From NCBI GenBank assembly GCA_038204725.1, contig JBBRCQ010000003.1, positions 84,148-148,147 on the forward strand: a stretch of DNA of 64,000 nt, written 5' to 3'. This DNA comes from Bacteroidales bacterium (GTDB lineage: Bacteria; Bacteroidota; Bacteroidia; Bacteroidales; JACABE01). The notes below the pieces were generated by a model, which saw only the letters and a program-made list of their open reading frames with translations, was not told where the DNA came from and searched no databases. A program made the translations under genes and the position numbers. Each line of letters opens with the position of its first letter. The first letter of the stretch is position 1. Positions 8,371 through 17,229 of the stretch are shown piece after piece.

Positions 8371-9615
8371 TTATTTTATTTCAATTTCAACAAATTCGCT
8401 TTTTGTTATTCCTTTTAATTCAATGGTATAGCTTCCTTTTTTAAGGAGCAATGGCTTTTTCTCTTTCTTGTTGTTCAATTGGATTACGTCAAAGGGTACC
8501 GCTTTTGAGATATCTTCGCCTTTACAATAAGCTTTTGCCAAGATTGGATATTGAATTTTGTGCTTTTTAGCATCAATATAATAAGGGATTCTATCTAATT
8601 GGTACAACCAATCCGGTCTTTCGTTACTATATTTAGTACGTGGGTGGAAGACTTGTATATCAATTGCATCTAAAAGATATTCATTTTTAAAACTATTATT
8701 CTTTTCATCAATAAAAACAAAAGGTTTATCCACATTGGCTAATTGAAAATAACGGTTTTCGATAGCGGTATCACTTCTTTCTGTCATTCTATCCTGGTCA
8801 ATGGCTAATGGACGGTTTTCTCGTCCTAAAAAATGCCAAAGATAGCTGCCCATCGAATAGCTATCCCATTTTCTTGATATATGCCCTAAACCTGCAAAAA
8901 GGATAACTCTTGCTCCAGTATCGGCTTTAAATATTTTCATTACGTTAAAAGCCTGACGAATTTCTCTTTCCATGCATTGTCCCTCATCAGCATGATTAAC
9001 GAGTTTCTCGTTATAAGGCACTACTCCTTTATCAAAGTCCATCTCATAAGAAAAAACAAAAAATCCTATTTTCATGGCTTCTCTTGCAACATTGCCCATT
9101 AAAGGTTCTGTAAGTAACCACGCATTGTAATTTAATAACGGATAACCTCTATTGTTTAACAATGAATCATAATGTAATGCCTCCATTCCCAAATACTTAA
9201 ACCCTTGGTTATACAATTTCTGTAGTAAAGAAATCATATAAGCCCGTTGCTGAGGCATATTATGACTTTCGTTTATCATAATCATCTTCTTATTTTTCGC
9301 CCTTTTGAGAATGTATTCGGTGGCATCAACGGCTTTGTAATTTGATACAAATGCAGCAGAATCGGCAGAAGATAAACTTTCTTTTTTTGTATTATCATAT
9401 ATTTCATCCATTGTTTTTATCGCTTGCTGGTATTCTCCAATAAATGTAAAATAAAAAGACTGCATATTTTTAATACTCCAATCAGACATTGAAGAATCTT
9501 TGAAACAAAGAATAGTATCTTTTAAATAATATGCAGGAGGTGGGATTTGTGCATTATTTATTATAAAAGTTAATAGTAAGAGTATTGTAAAACAAGTTTT
9601 TATTATTATTTTCAT
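8371..9615 (-). CDS. Secreted protein, putative EreA/ChaN/TIKI-superfamily hydrolase-like
   Basis: Signal peptide; ordered motifs INESH, YLGMEAL, REIRQA and LFAGLGHI resemble the xExH / xE / R / GxxH pattern of that superfamily (recognised by eye). Confidence 0.5.
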   Translation of the reverse strand: MKIIIKTCFTILLLLTFIINNAQIPPPAYYLKDTILCFKDSSMSDWSIKNMQSFYFTFIGEYQQAIKTMDEIYDNTKKESLSSADSAAFVSNYKAVDATEYILKRAKNKKMIMINESHNMPQQRAYMISLLQKLYNQGFKYLGMEALHYDSLLNNRGYPLLNYNAWLLTEPLMGNVAREAMKIGFFVFSYEMDFDKGVVPYNEKLVNHADEGQCMEREIRQAFNVMKIFKADTGARVILFAGLGHISRKWDSYSMGSYLWHFLGRENRPLAIDQDRMTERSDTAIENRYFQLANVDKPFVFIDEKNNSFKNEYLLDAIDIQVFHPRTKYSNERPDWLYQLDRIPYYIDAKKHKIQYPILAKAYCKGEDISKAVPFDVIQLNNKKEKKPLLLKKGSYTIELKGITKSEFVEIEIK

Positions 9616-9629
9616 AGAATTATAATTGT

Positions 9630-9667
9630 AAAAAATAAGGAAGTATTAAAAATCTTCCTTATTTTTT
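9630..9667. terminator. Stem-loop directly downstream of precursor 2
   Basis: AAAAAATAAGGAAG (9630-9643) / CTTCCTTATTTTTT (9654-9667): perfect inverted repeat with T tails on both strands. Confidence 0.75.
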
Positions 9668-9695
9668 GGAAAATTGCTATTTAGTTGATTTATTA

Positions 9696-9959
9696 CTAAG
9701 ATATAGTGTCAGGACATATCTTTTGATTTTCAGGTCTTACGTTTGCCCAATCTCCTTTATTGTCAGTTTCGCTTTCTCTTGCCCAAATTTTTCCATTGTC
9801 GGTATATTGTGCAGCAGTATGTGTAACTCCATCTGTTTGAGTTGAAGTACCACAACCTTGCTCTGAGTTTGTTCCACCTAATATTAAATTCAAATTTGTA
9901 ATTTCACTTTGATTTAATATACCAAAAGTATTGCTGTTTATTTCTTCGAATTTTTTCAT
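9696..9959 (-). CDS. RiPP precursor peptide 2 (double-glycine leader)
   Basis: Leader MKKFEEINSNTFGILNQSEITNLNLILGG, then a T/S/D/E-rich core with 2 Cys and 2 Trp. First gene of module 2. Confidence 0.88.
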   Translation of the reverse strand: MKKFEEINSNTFGILNQSEITNLNLILGGTNSEQGCGTSTQTDGVTHTAAQYTDNGKIWARESETDNKGDWANVRPENQKICPDTIS

Positions 9960-10045
9960 TTTTATAAAATTTAATTGTTTATACTTTTTTTTTACTTGTA
10001 GTTAGGAAATTATTGAAACTTGAAGTAAAACCTAACTAATAAAAT

Positions 10046-10156
10046 TTTGCAACGCCTCCTTTATATACTTAAATAAATGTCTCGTCTGGCAATTTTAAGT
10101 GGATTCAACGCCGCTGCAAACTTTAAAGGAGGTCTTTGCAGCGGCTTTTTTATTTG
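10046..10156. ncRNA. Conserved structured non-coding element, copy 2
   Basis: Direct repeat of 5702-5812 with 4 substitutions, all outside the predicted stems; 86 nt upstream of the precursor 2 start. Confidence 0.7.
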
Positions 10157-10447
10157 AAACGCATTGTATTCCTTCTATTTTTGTTATTTTGATTGAACTG
10201 TAACAAAAGATATTTTTGTTTTTTTTCTTACTTATTCAAATCATCACAAACTAAATCCAACTCCATTTATATTCTATTTTCAACCTTATTCTAAGACTAA
10301 ATTTCTTACACCTTCTCATTTTATGTAATTTCAATAAATGCTGAAAGCAAGAATAGGAAATTTAAGCACCCATTTTATTTTAAATTACAATACAAATGTA
10401 ATTTACCACACTGACAATTTTTGTCAGTCAGTAAATTATTTTTATAA

Positions 10448-10582
10448 TTTAACAAAATTGTATCCTTAGCTTTTGATAAAAACCCGTATTTGCTTTTTAT
10501 AGCTATCGAAATGCCTGGGATGAAAGGAAAGGAATTATTTGACGTCATTGATCCATCGATAATCGTCATCCATTTTTGCTGA
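10448..10582 (+). pseudogene. Decayed response-regulator receiver-domain fragment
   Basis: Frame reads KNPYLLFIAIEMPGMKGKELF, matching the (K)PDLLFLDIEMPGMNGxEL consensus with the phospho-Asp lost; bounded by stops. Confidence 0.6.
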
Positions 10583-10723
10583 CTATATGGATGATAATAA
10601 TCAGATAAATACTTTTTTTATCGATTTTCAGCAACATTCAACAGAAAAACAGGAATTTCTCTCTATTTTCAAAATTCATTCGCCGATTTTTTATAATTTC
10701 GCATTTTATTTAAAACGAAAACC

Positions 10724-12475
10724 ATGCTTAGAACACATACTTGCGGCGAATTAAACTTATCCAATATAAATCAGGAAGTTACATTGAGTGGTTGGGTACA
10801 ACGCTCCAGAGATTTAGGGGGAATGACTTTTGTGGATCTTCGCGACCGCTATGGCATTACTCAACTGGTTTTTAACATGGAATCGGATGCATCACTCTGT
10901 GAGCAGGCCCGTAAACTAGGCAGAGAATACGTAGTTAGCATCAAAGGGTTGGTAACAGAGCGCAGCAACAAAAATTCTAAAATGCCTACCGGTGAAATAG
11001 AAATCACTGTACATCATATCGAAATCCTTAATATATCTAAACTTCCACCCTTTACCATCGAAGACAATACGGATGGCGGCGACGAGCTGAGAATGAAGTA
11101 TCGTTACCTCGATTTACGTAGGAATCCCTTGAAGAAAAACCTTGAATTGCGCCATCAGCTTTCGATGGAAACGAGGAACTATCTCAACACCCTTAAATTC
11201 ATTGAAATTGAAACACCTTATTTAATAAAATCCACGCCCGAAGGGGCACGTGATTTTGTGGTGCCATCCCGCATGAATGCAGGAGAGTTTTATGCCTTGC
11301 CACAATCGCCACAGACTTTCAAGCAATTGTTGATGATTTCGGGCTACGACCGCTATTTTCAGATAGTAAGATGCTTCCGCGATGAGGATTTACGTGCCGA
11401 TCGTCAACCTGAATTTACACAAATCGATTGCGAAATGTCGTTTGTAAACCAGGAAGATATTCTCAATACTTTTGAAGGACTTACCAAACATCTGTTTAAA
11501 ACCATCAAAGGCATTGATATTAAAGAAGTACCCAGGATCAGCTATGCAGATGCCATGAAATATTATGGCTCCGACAAACCTGATATCCGCTTTGAAATGA
11601 AGTTTGTGGAAATGAATGATGTTTGCCAAAACAAAGGTTTCAAACTGTTTGATGAAGCCGAAATGGTGGTTGGTATCAATGCAAAAGGATGCAGCGAATA
11701 CACCCGCAAACAGCTGGATGAACTCACCGATTTTGTAAGGAAACCTCAAATAGGTGCTACCGGAATGATTTACCTGAGATATAATACCGATGGAAGCTTG
11801 AAATCATCTGTCGATAAATTCTATACACCAGAAGATTTAAAACATTGGGCTAAAAAATTCAATGCTCAACCCGGCGATTTGATATTGATATTGGCAGGCA
11901 AGACCGAAAAAACACAAAAAGCATTGTGTGAACTCCGTCTCGAAATGGGTCACAAGTTGGGACTGAGAAATCCTGACAACTATGCTCCTTTATGGGTAGT
12001 TGATTTCCCATTACTGGAATGGGGTGAAGAAGCCCAACGTTTTTACGCGATGCATCATCCTTTTACTTCACCGAAAGCAGAAGATATTGCCTTGCTCGAA
12101 AGCAATCTGCATGCAGTAAGAGCCAATGCTTACGATATGGTAATTAATGGCGTGGAAGTGGGCGGAGGCTCTATCCGTATTCACAACAAAGACTTACAGA
12201 AAAAGATGTTTACCATCCTTGGATTTACAGATGAGGAAGCTCAGCATCAATTCGGATTTTTAATGAATGCCTTTGAATTTGGTGCTCCACCTCACGGAGG
12301 CATCGCCTTTGGATTCGACAGATTGTGTTCACTTTTTGGTGGCAGCGAAAGTATCCGCGATTTTATTGCATTCCCAAAAAATAACGCCGGAAGAGATGTA
12401 ATGATTGATTCGCCATCTACCATCAGTAAGGTACAATTGGAAGAATTAAGGTTGAAGATTGAGAAGAAAATTTGA
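10724..12475 (+). CDS. aspS: Aspartate--tRNA ligase
   Basis: [55 protein letters not shown]. Confidence 0.98.
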   Translation: MLRTHTCGELNLSNINQEVTLSGWVQRSRDLGGMTFVDLRDRYGITQLVFNMESDASLCEQARKLGREYVVSIKGLVTERSNKNSKMPTGEIEITVHHIEILNISKLPPFTIEDNTDGGDELRMKYRYLDLRRNPLKKNLELRHQLSMETRNYLNTLKFIEIETPYLIKSTPEGARDFVVPSRMNAGEFYALPQSPQTFKQLLMISGYDRYFQIVRCFRDEDLRADRQPEFTQIDCEMSFVNQEDILNTFEGLTKHLFKTIKGIDIKEVPRISYADAMKYYGSDKPDIRFEMKFVEMNDVCQNKGFKLFDEAEMVVGINAKGCSEYTRKQLDELTDFVRKPQIGATGMIYLRYNTDGSLKSSVDKFYTPEDLKHWAKKFNAQPGDLILILAGKTEKTQKALCELRLEMGHKLGLRNPDNYAPLWVVDFPLLEWGEEAQRFYAMHHPFTSPKAEDIALLESNLHAVRANAYDMVINGVEVGGGSIRIHNKDLQKKMFTILGFTDEEAQHQFGFLMNAFEFGAPPHGGIAFGFDRLCSLFGGSESIRDFIAFPKNNAGRDVMIDSPSTISKVQLEELRLKIEKKI

Positions 12476-12548
12476 TTGTGTGATTAAGATGGATTGTAAC
12501 AAGGTTTTCAACCCGTTGGGAACTCCGTACCCGACGGGAAAATGATCT

Positions 12549-12606
12549 TTCACTCTTCACTATTCACTATTCACTATTCACTGATAACTGATAACTGTTC
12601 ACTCTT
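12549..12606. repeat. Heptamer tandem repeats (TTCACTA)n/(CTGATAA)n between convergent aspS and lpxH
   Basis: ttcactc ttcacta ttcacta ttcacta ttcactg ataactg ataactg ttcactc. Confidence 0.85.
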
Positions 12607-13354
12607 CTTCAAAATACTTCAACTCCAGTTTTTCACCATCAAATACGATATAGGAAAAACTTTTCACCCAATCCCCGATATTCAGATAGCGTGAATTTTC
12701 GGCTATCTGAAGATCCAGTGGCAAATGGCGATGACCAAAAATAAAAAAATCGAAATGTTCTTTTTGTAAGATCTCTTTAGCATATAGAATTAAACGTTCT
12801 TTTTCTTCCCCTAAAAACACTTCATCTGTATCTCCATTGGCGATGCGGCTTTTTCGTGAAAAATACAAAGCCAGTCTGGTTCCAACATCAGGATGTAAAC
12901 ATGAAAACAACCACTGATTGAATGAATTGGAAAATACTTTTTTAATAAATTTATAGCCATAATCCTTCGGACCTAATCCATCTCCATGTCCGATAAAAAA
13001 CTTAAAATTACCATAGGTTTTGTGGATGGGAGCTTTGTATATATTGGCATTCAATTCTTTGCTGAAATAATCGAAAATCCACATATCGTGATTCCCGGTA
13101 AAATAATTGAGCTTAATTCCTGCATCCGAAATTTCAGCCAATTTGCCCAATAATCTGACATAGCCTTTGGGTACCACGGTTTTGTATTCGAACCAGAAGT
13201 CGAAAATATCGCCTAGCAAATATATTTCAACAGCATCTTTTTTTGCCTCATCCAGCCATCTTACCATCCGTTTTTCTCTCACCAGACTGCTCTCATAATC
13301 AGGAACACCCAGATGACTATCGGAAATAAAATAAATTTTTTGTTTGTTTTCCAA
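12599..13354 (-). CDS. lpxH: UDP-2,3-diacylglucosamine hydrolase
   Basis: Metallophosphoesterase motifs SDSHLG, LGDIFDFWFEY, GNHD, GHGDG, FGHRH, GDW. Confidence 0.9.
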   Translation of the reverse strand: MENKQKIYFISDSHLGVPDYESSLVREKRMVRWLDEAKKDAVEIYLLGDIFDFWFEYKTVVPKGYVRLLGKLAEISDAGIKLNYFTGNHDMWIFDYFSKELNANIYKAPIHKTYGNFKFFIGHGDGLGPKDYGYKFIKKVFSNSFNQWLFSCLHPDVGTRLALYFSRKSRIANGDTDEVFLGEEKERLILYAKEILQKEHFDFFIFGHRHLPLDLQIAENSRYLNIGDWVKSFSYIVFDGEKLELKYFEEE

Positions 13355-13366
13355 GTGTATATTCTT

Positions 13367-14140
13367 TTAAGGTTTAGGTTGACCGGTTGATTTTTGTGTA
13401 AGTTCTTTTTCGAGCTGCATCATTTTTCGTTGTTTTATCCTTTTGGCAAAGTTTACGGCATGCGAATTGGCAGGTAAAGCTTTTGACAAATCATTGCTTA
13501 CTTTTTCGAAAACAGCAAAATCAGCTTCTTCTTTCAATACAGCTTCACGGTTCAAGGGTTGGTACAACGCAATTAATGCAACCAGTGAACTGCTGTTTTT
13601 TATAATAAAATCAAGCTGGAATGCCCTTTGATTAGCAAGTATTGAAAGATAACAGCTATCCAGATCTTTTTTTATAGATTCTCTGTTGGCATCGTTGATA
13701 GCAGTTTTCCAAATAGTACCCAACGAATCGAGCTTTTGCAGATTAGGTTGTAAATGATTATTCAGTTCCATTAACAATTCACTATCAGGAGAGCCTTTGA
13801 CAGTATAAGATCTTTCAAAATCAGTATAATCAGCATTAAATGTAATTCGTTCACTTTTATCAGCAATAATGGAGATATAATGATTGGGATCTTTGCGCAA
13901 AAGATAGATTTCTTTTTCTATGGGTTTAACTACAAAAGTAAACTTGCCATCTTCGTCCAACTTCACGGAATCAATAGAAATTACTTCATTATAAGTAAGC
14001 TTTTGCAATACAATGATTTTTTGATCAGCATGGGTAATGGTGCCATCAATCACAAAACTATCTTCTGAAACCTTATTCTTCCCTTGATTGCAGGAAATGA
14101 GAATGTTGACAAGCAGGATAAAGAAAAGTAATTTTCTCAT
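13367..14140 (-). CDS. DUF4369-domain lipoprotein (no C-terminal redoxin domain)
   Basis: Start moved to MRKLLFFILLVNILISC (lipobox); TATCTTTG promoter box at 14154-14161; DSV..D.DGKFTF and YTVKGS motifs; no CxxC. Confidence 0.7.
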   Translation of the reverse strand: MRKLLFFILLVNILISCNQGKNKVSEDSFVIDGTITHADQKIIVLQKLTYNEVISIDSVKLDEDGKFTFVVKPIEKEIYLLRKDPNHYISIIADKSERITFNADYTDFERSYTVKGSPDSELLMELNNHLQPNLQKLDSLGTIWKTAINDANRESIKKDLDSCYLSILANQRAFQLDFIIKNSSSLVALIALYQPLNREAVLKEEADFAVFEKVSNDLSKALPANSHAVNFAKRIKQRKMMQLEKELTQKSTGQPKP

Positions 14141-14189
14141 ATTAAAATTTTTACAAAGATACTTTTTTTTGTTTATTGGTAAAAGGATA

Positions 14190-14435
14190 AAAAGACGGAA
14201 GTTGAGCGAAGCGAAATCCCGAGAGCGAAGCGATTCGGGAACAGAAGACAGAAAAGAGAAGATTTCAATTCCTCGTCTTTGATTGGGCGACCCCATCCCC
14301 ATCCTCCCGAAAAAACGGGACAGGCTTTCCCCTGAAAGGAGAAGGGAGGTTTTTTGAAGTTTTTTAATACATTATTCAATAAGTCCGAAGTTGGAAGACC
14401 GAAGACCGAACCAACGTCTGCCTACCGTCAGGTAG
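14190..14435. repeat. Cluster of REP-like palindromes and heptamer repeats
   Basis: TCCCGA...TCGGGA hairpin with duplicated GAGCGAAGCGA; C-rich/G-rich CCCCATCCCC...GGAGAAGGGAGG; (GAAGACC)n; CTGCCTACCGTCAGGTAG. GC-rich relative to the flanks. Confidence 0.55.
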
Positions 14436-14467
14436 ATAATTAGTTAAAAGTAAAACAATGCAAAATA

Positions 14468-15811
14468 TTATAAAAAAATATGTTTTAATTCAATCAAATA
14501 GCCTCTAACAGTTTTGGATGTCAACCGGTGATGTTCGTCGATTCTCCAGCCGATAATCCAAACAATATCATCACCTGAGCATAGCAACCAAGTATTTTCT
14601 TTTTCGAGGATGGAAAATTTTTGATCCGTAAAAAAATCGCTTACCTTCTTTTTGCCTTGCATCCCGAATGGAGAAAAGAAATCACCATGTTCCCATTTGC
14701 GGATCGTTAAAGGAAATTTCAACTTATCAAAATCCAGATAAGCCAGGTTTTTATCCGGATTAATCTTGATCATTTCCGATTCGGTGGTGATACGAAATTC
14801 AAGCATGAGCGGTTCTGTTATCAAAGTATCTGTTTCATTTACCCGATAAACTTCGTCTTTCAGAATGGTATGATTAATTTCTGTAATAATTAACTGTGCC
14901 CTATCTTTCAATAAGCGATGGGTAGGTGAAAAAAATTGCTTTCCTGATATATCGTCCAACGAAACGATTAAGCTTTCCACAACATCGTTATTAAAGCCAT
15001 AGGGCGTTAATAAATGAAAGAGATATGTTTTTAACGGATGCAATGCTTTTAGTTTTTCAATACTCAAGAATGTAGTAGCATCTTTTACAACTACAATTTC
15101 ATTTCGTTTCAATGCTATCATTTCATTAAAAATGATTTCAGCATCTTTAAATTTTTCTATGTTTTCAATCATTACTTTTTCAAATTCTCCGGCTAAATGC
15201 TTTAACTCGGGGATAATGATATGCCGAACCGCATTGCGCAAATATTTTACGGATGAATTAGAACTATCTTCTCTGAAATCCAGATGATTGTCAAAAGCAA
15301 ATTTTTCAATTTTACCGCGATTGGTAAAAAGCATGGGTCTTATTAAATGATGCTGTTTTGGTGATATGCCGTGCAAACCGGCAATACCGGTACCTCTGAG
15401 TAAGTTGATAAAAAATGTTTCGATTTCATCGTTTTGATGATGTGCTGTGGCGTAGAATTGATAATGCTCTTTTTCAAGGACCTCATCAAACCAGTCGTAC
15501 CTTAACTGACGGGCTGCCATTTGTATACTGACACCGGTTCCGGAAGCAACGTCCAATGTATTGAAATGATTGATATAGTAAGGAACTTTATATTTTGCTG
15601 CCAATGCTTCAACAAAAATTTCGTCGGTATCGGATTCAATCCCTCTCAACTGAAAATTACAATGTGCGATGCCAAATTTCAAACCTGCCTGATTAAAAAG
15701 ATCACACATTACAATGGAATCGATGCCACCGCTTACAGTTAGTAGTATGTTGTCTTTTCTGGCAAACAGTTTTTGAGAAGAAATGTATCGCTTGAATTGT
15801 TTTAACATCAT
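14468..15811 (-). CDS. tilS: tRNA(Ile)-lysidine synthetase
   Basis: SGGIDS PP-loop, AHCNFQLRG, QMAARQLRY, TAHH, LIRPML, REDSSN, TilS C-terminal domain. ATG at 15811 overlaps the upstream stop (ATGA). Confidence 0.96.
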   Translation of the reverse strand: MMLKQFKRYISSQKLFARKDNILLTVSGGIDSIVMCDLFNQAGLKFGIAHCNFQLRGIESDTDEIFVEALAAKYKVPYYINHFNTLDVASGTGVSIQMAARQLRYDWFDEVLEKEHYQFYATAHHQNDEIETFFINLLRGTGIAGLHGISPKQHHLIRPMLFTNRGKIEKFAFDNHLDFREDSSNSSVKYLRNAVRHIIIPELKHLAGEFEKVMIENIEKFKDAEIIFNEMIALKRNEIVVVKDATTFLSIEKLKALHPLKTYLFHLLTPYGFNNDVVESLIVSLDDISGKQFFSPTHRLLKDRAQLIITEINHTILKDEVYRVNETDTLITEPLMLEFRITTESEMIKINPDKNLAYLDFDKLKFPLTIRKWEHGDFFSPFGMQGKKKVSDFFTDQKFSILEKENTWLLCSGDDIVWIIGWRIDEHHRLTSKTVRGYLIELKHIFL

Positions 15812-16032
15812 ATTTTTTCGCACCCGTCTTCTATTGCTGTTTTCATCAATTTAATATCTTCTTTATCTATTGTTCCGGCATAACGCAGTAATTTATCAAG
15901 AGATATAACTTTTTTCCCAACCAGAGATGAGATATTATCAAAAAGTTTAAGTTTCTGAAATTTATCCAGCTTAGACAATGATTGCAATATTAAACTATTA
16001 ATATCTTGATCGTTGTATTTTATTGCTTGCAT
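15808..16032 (-). CDS. Putative orphan type II antitoxin-like small protein
   Basis: LLRYAGTIDKEDIKLMKTAIEDGCEKI resembles the C-terminus of small antitoxins that precede VapC/PIN genes; TATCTTTG promoter at 16051-16058. Confidence 0.55.
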   Translation of the reverse strand: MQAIKYNDQDINSLILQSLSKLDKFQKLKLFDNISSLVGKKVISLDKLLRYAGTIDKEDIKLMKTAIEDGCEKI

Positions 16033-16082
16033 ACTTTCTTTTTATTTTTACAAAGATAATATATAATATGCTTATGATATTA

Positions 16083-16110
16083 AAAAAAATCCCCCATAAG
16101 AGGGGGATTT
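16083..16110 (-). terminator. Intrinsic terminator after korB
   Basis: AAATCCCCC-ATAAGA-GGGGGATTT with a T-run on the minus strand. Confidence 0.75.
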
Positions 16111-16192
16111 CTGATATTTAAATGTGTTCAATTTTTATAAATCCCGAATCGTACTTACCGGGAAGAAGCAAAGCTAAGCTTTACAAACTGAA

Positions 16193-17227
16193 TTAATCAA
16201 TAACCCATGTTTCACCACTATTCAGCAGGTCGTCCATGTTTTTGATTTTCGAGTTTTCTTTCGCGTATTTTATCTGTTCTTCCACTAAGTCGTCGTAAGT
16301 TGGATACATAGCAGAACGGATTACGCCCAAAGCTACCGGTAGATTGGGTGGAGACATTTTGGCAAGCATCAGATGAATACCGGGATCCTGATCGTATTGA
16401 TCGTGAATCAGGATGTCTTCTTCAGTAATTCCGTCTTTACCAATTTCAACCACTTCGAGGTGACCATTTTTCATATGAATCCCTTTATTCTTTTCTTTTC
16501 CGAAAAGCATGGGTTCACCGTTTTTTAAAAGTAATTGATGATCGTCTCTTAAATCTTTTGAAGTGATTTGAGCATGGGTTTTGTCGGCAAAAATCACACA
16601 ATTCTGTAAGATTTCAACCACAGAAGTTCCGTCATGACGAGCGGCTTCAAACATAATTTCTGTCATCATTTTAGGATTGGTATCTAATCCTCTTGCAAAG
16701 AAAGTACCCTGAGCACCTAAAATCAATTCGCCAGGATTGAAAGGATGTTCAATGGTTCCCTGTGGAGAAGTTTTAGTAACACTTCCCATTGGTGTTGTAG
16801 GAGAATATTGTCCTTTGGTTAAGCCATATATCTGGTTGTTGAACAACATGATGTTGATATCAATGTTTCTGCGGATGATGTGGATAAAATGGTTCCCTCC
16901 GATAGCCAGAGAATCGCCATCACCTGTGGCCATCCATACGCTTAAATGTGGATTGGCTAGTTTAACGCCAGATGAAACAGCTGCAGCTCTTCCGTGAATA
17001 CTATGAAATCCATAAGTATTCATATAGTAAGGAAAGCGTGAAGAACATCCAATTCCGGAAATCAGGCAAAAATTTTCTTTACGGTAACCTATTTTAGGGA
17101 AAACATTGGCAACGGATGATAAGATGGCATGATCTCCACATCCGGGACACCATTTAACCATTTGATCGCTCACAAAATCTTCTTTTGTTAGCTCAACTTT
17201 TGATCTTTCTACTGTGTAATTTTCCAT
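16193..17227 (-). CDS. korB: 2-oxoacid:ferredoxin oxidoreductase subunit beta
   Basis: WCPGCGD, SGIGCS, HGRA, GDGD (TPP binding), YGLTKGQYSPT. Confidence 0.93.
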   Translation of the reverse strand: MENYTVERSKVELTKEDFVSDQMVKWCPGCGDHAILSSVANVFPKIGYRKENFCLISGIGCSSRFPYYMNTYGFHSIHGRAAAVSSGVKLANPHLSVWMATGDGDSLAIGGNHFIHIIRRNIDINIMLFNNQIYGLTKGQYSPTTPMGSVTKTSPQGTIEHPFNPGELILGAQGTFFARGLDTNPKMMTEIMFEAARHDGTSVVEILQNCVIFADKTHAQITSKDLRDDHQLLLKNGEPMLFGKEKNKGIHMKNGHLEVVEIGKDGITEEDILIHDQYDQDPGIHLMLAKMSPPNLPVALGVIRSAMYPTYDDLVEEQIKYAKENSKIKNMDDLLNSGETWVID

Positions 17228-17229
17228 GA

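Noticed and set aside
14141-14302. N-terminal extension of ORF 13367-14302
   Set aside because: It runs through REP-like palindromes; the lipoprotein signal and promoter box support a start at 14140.
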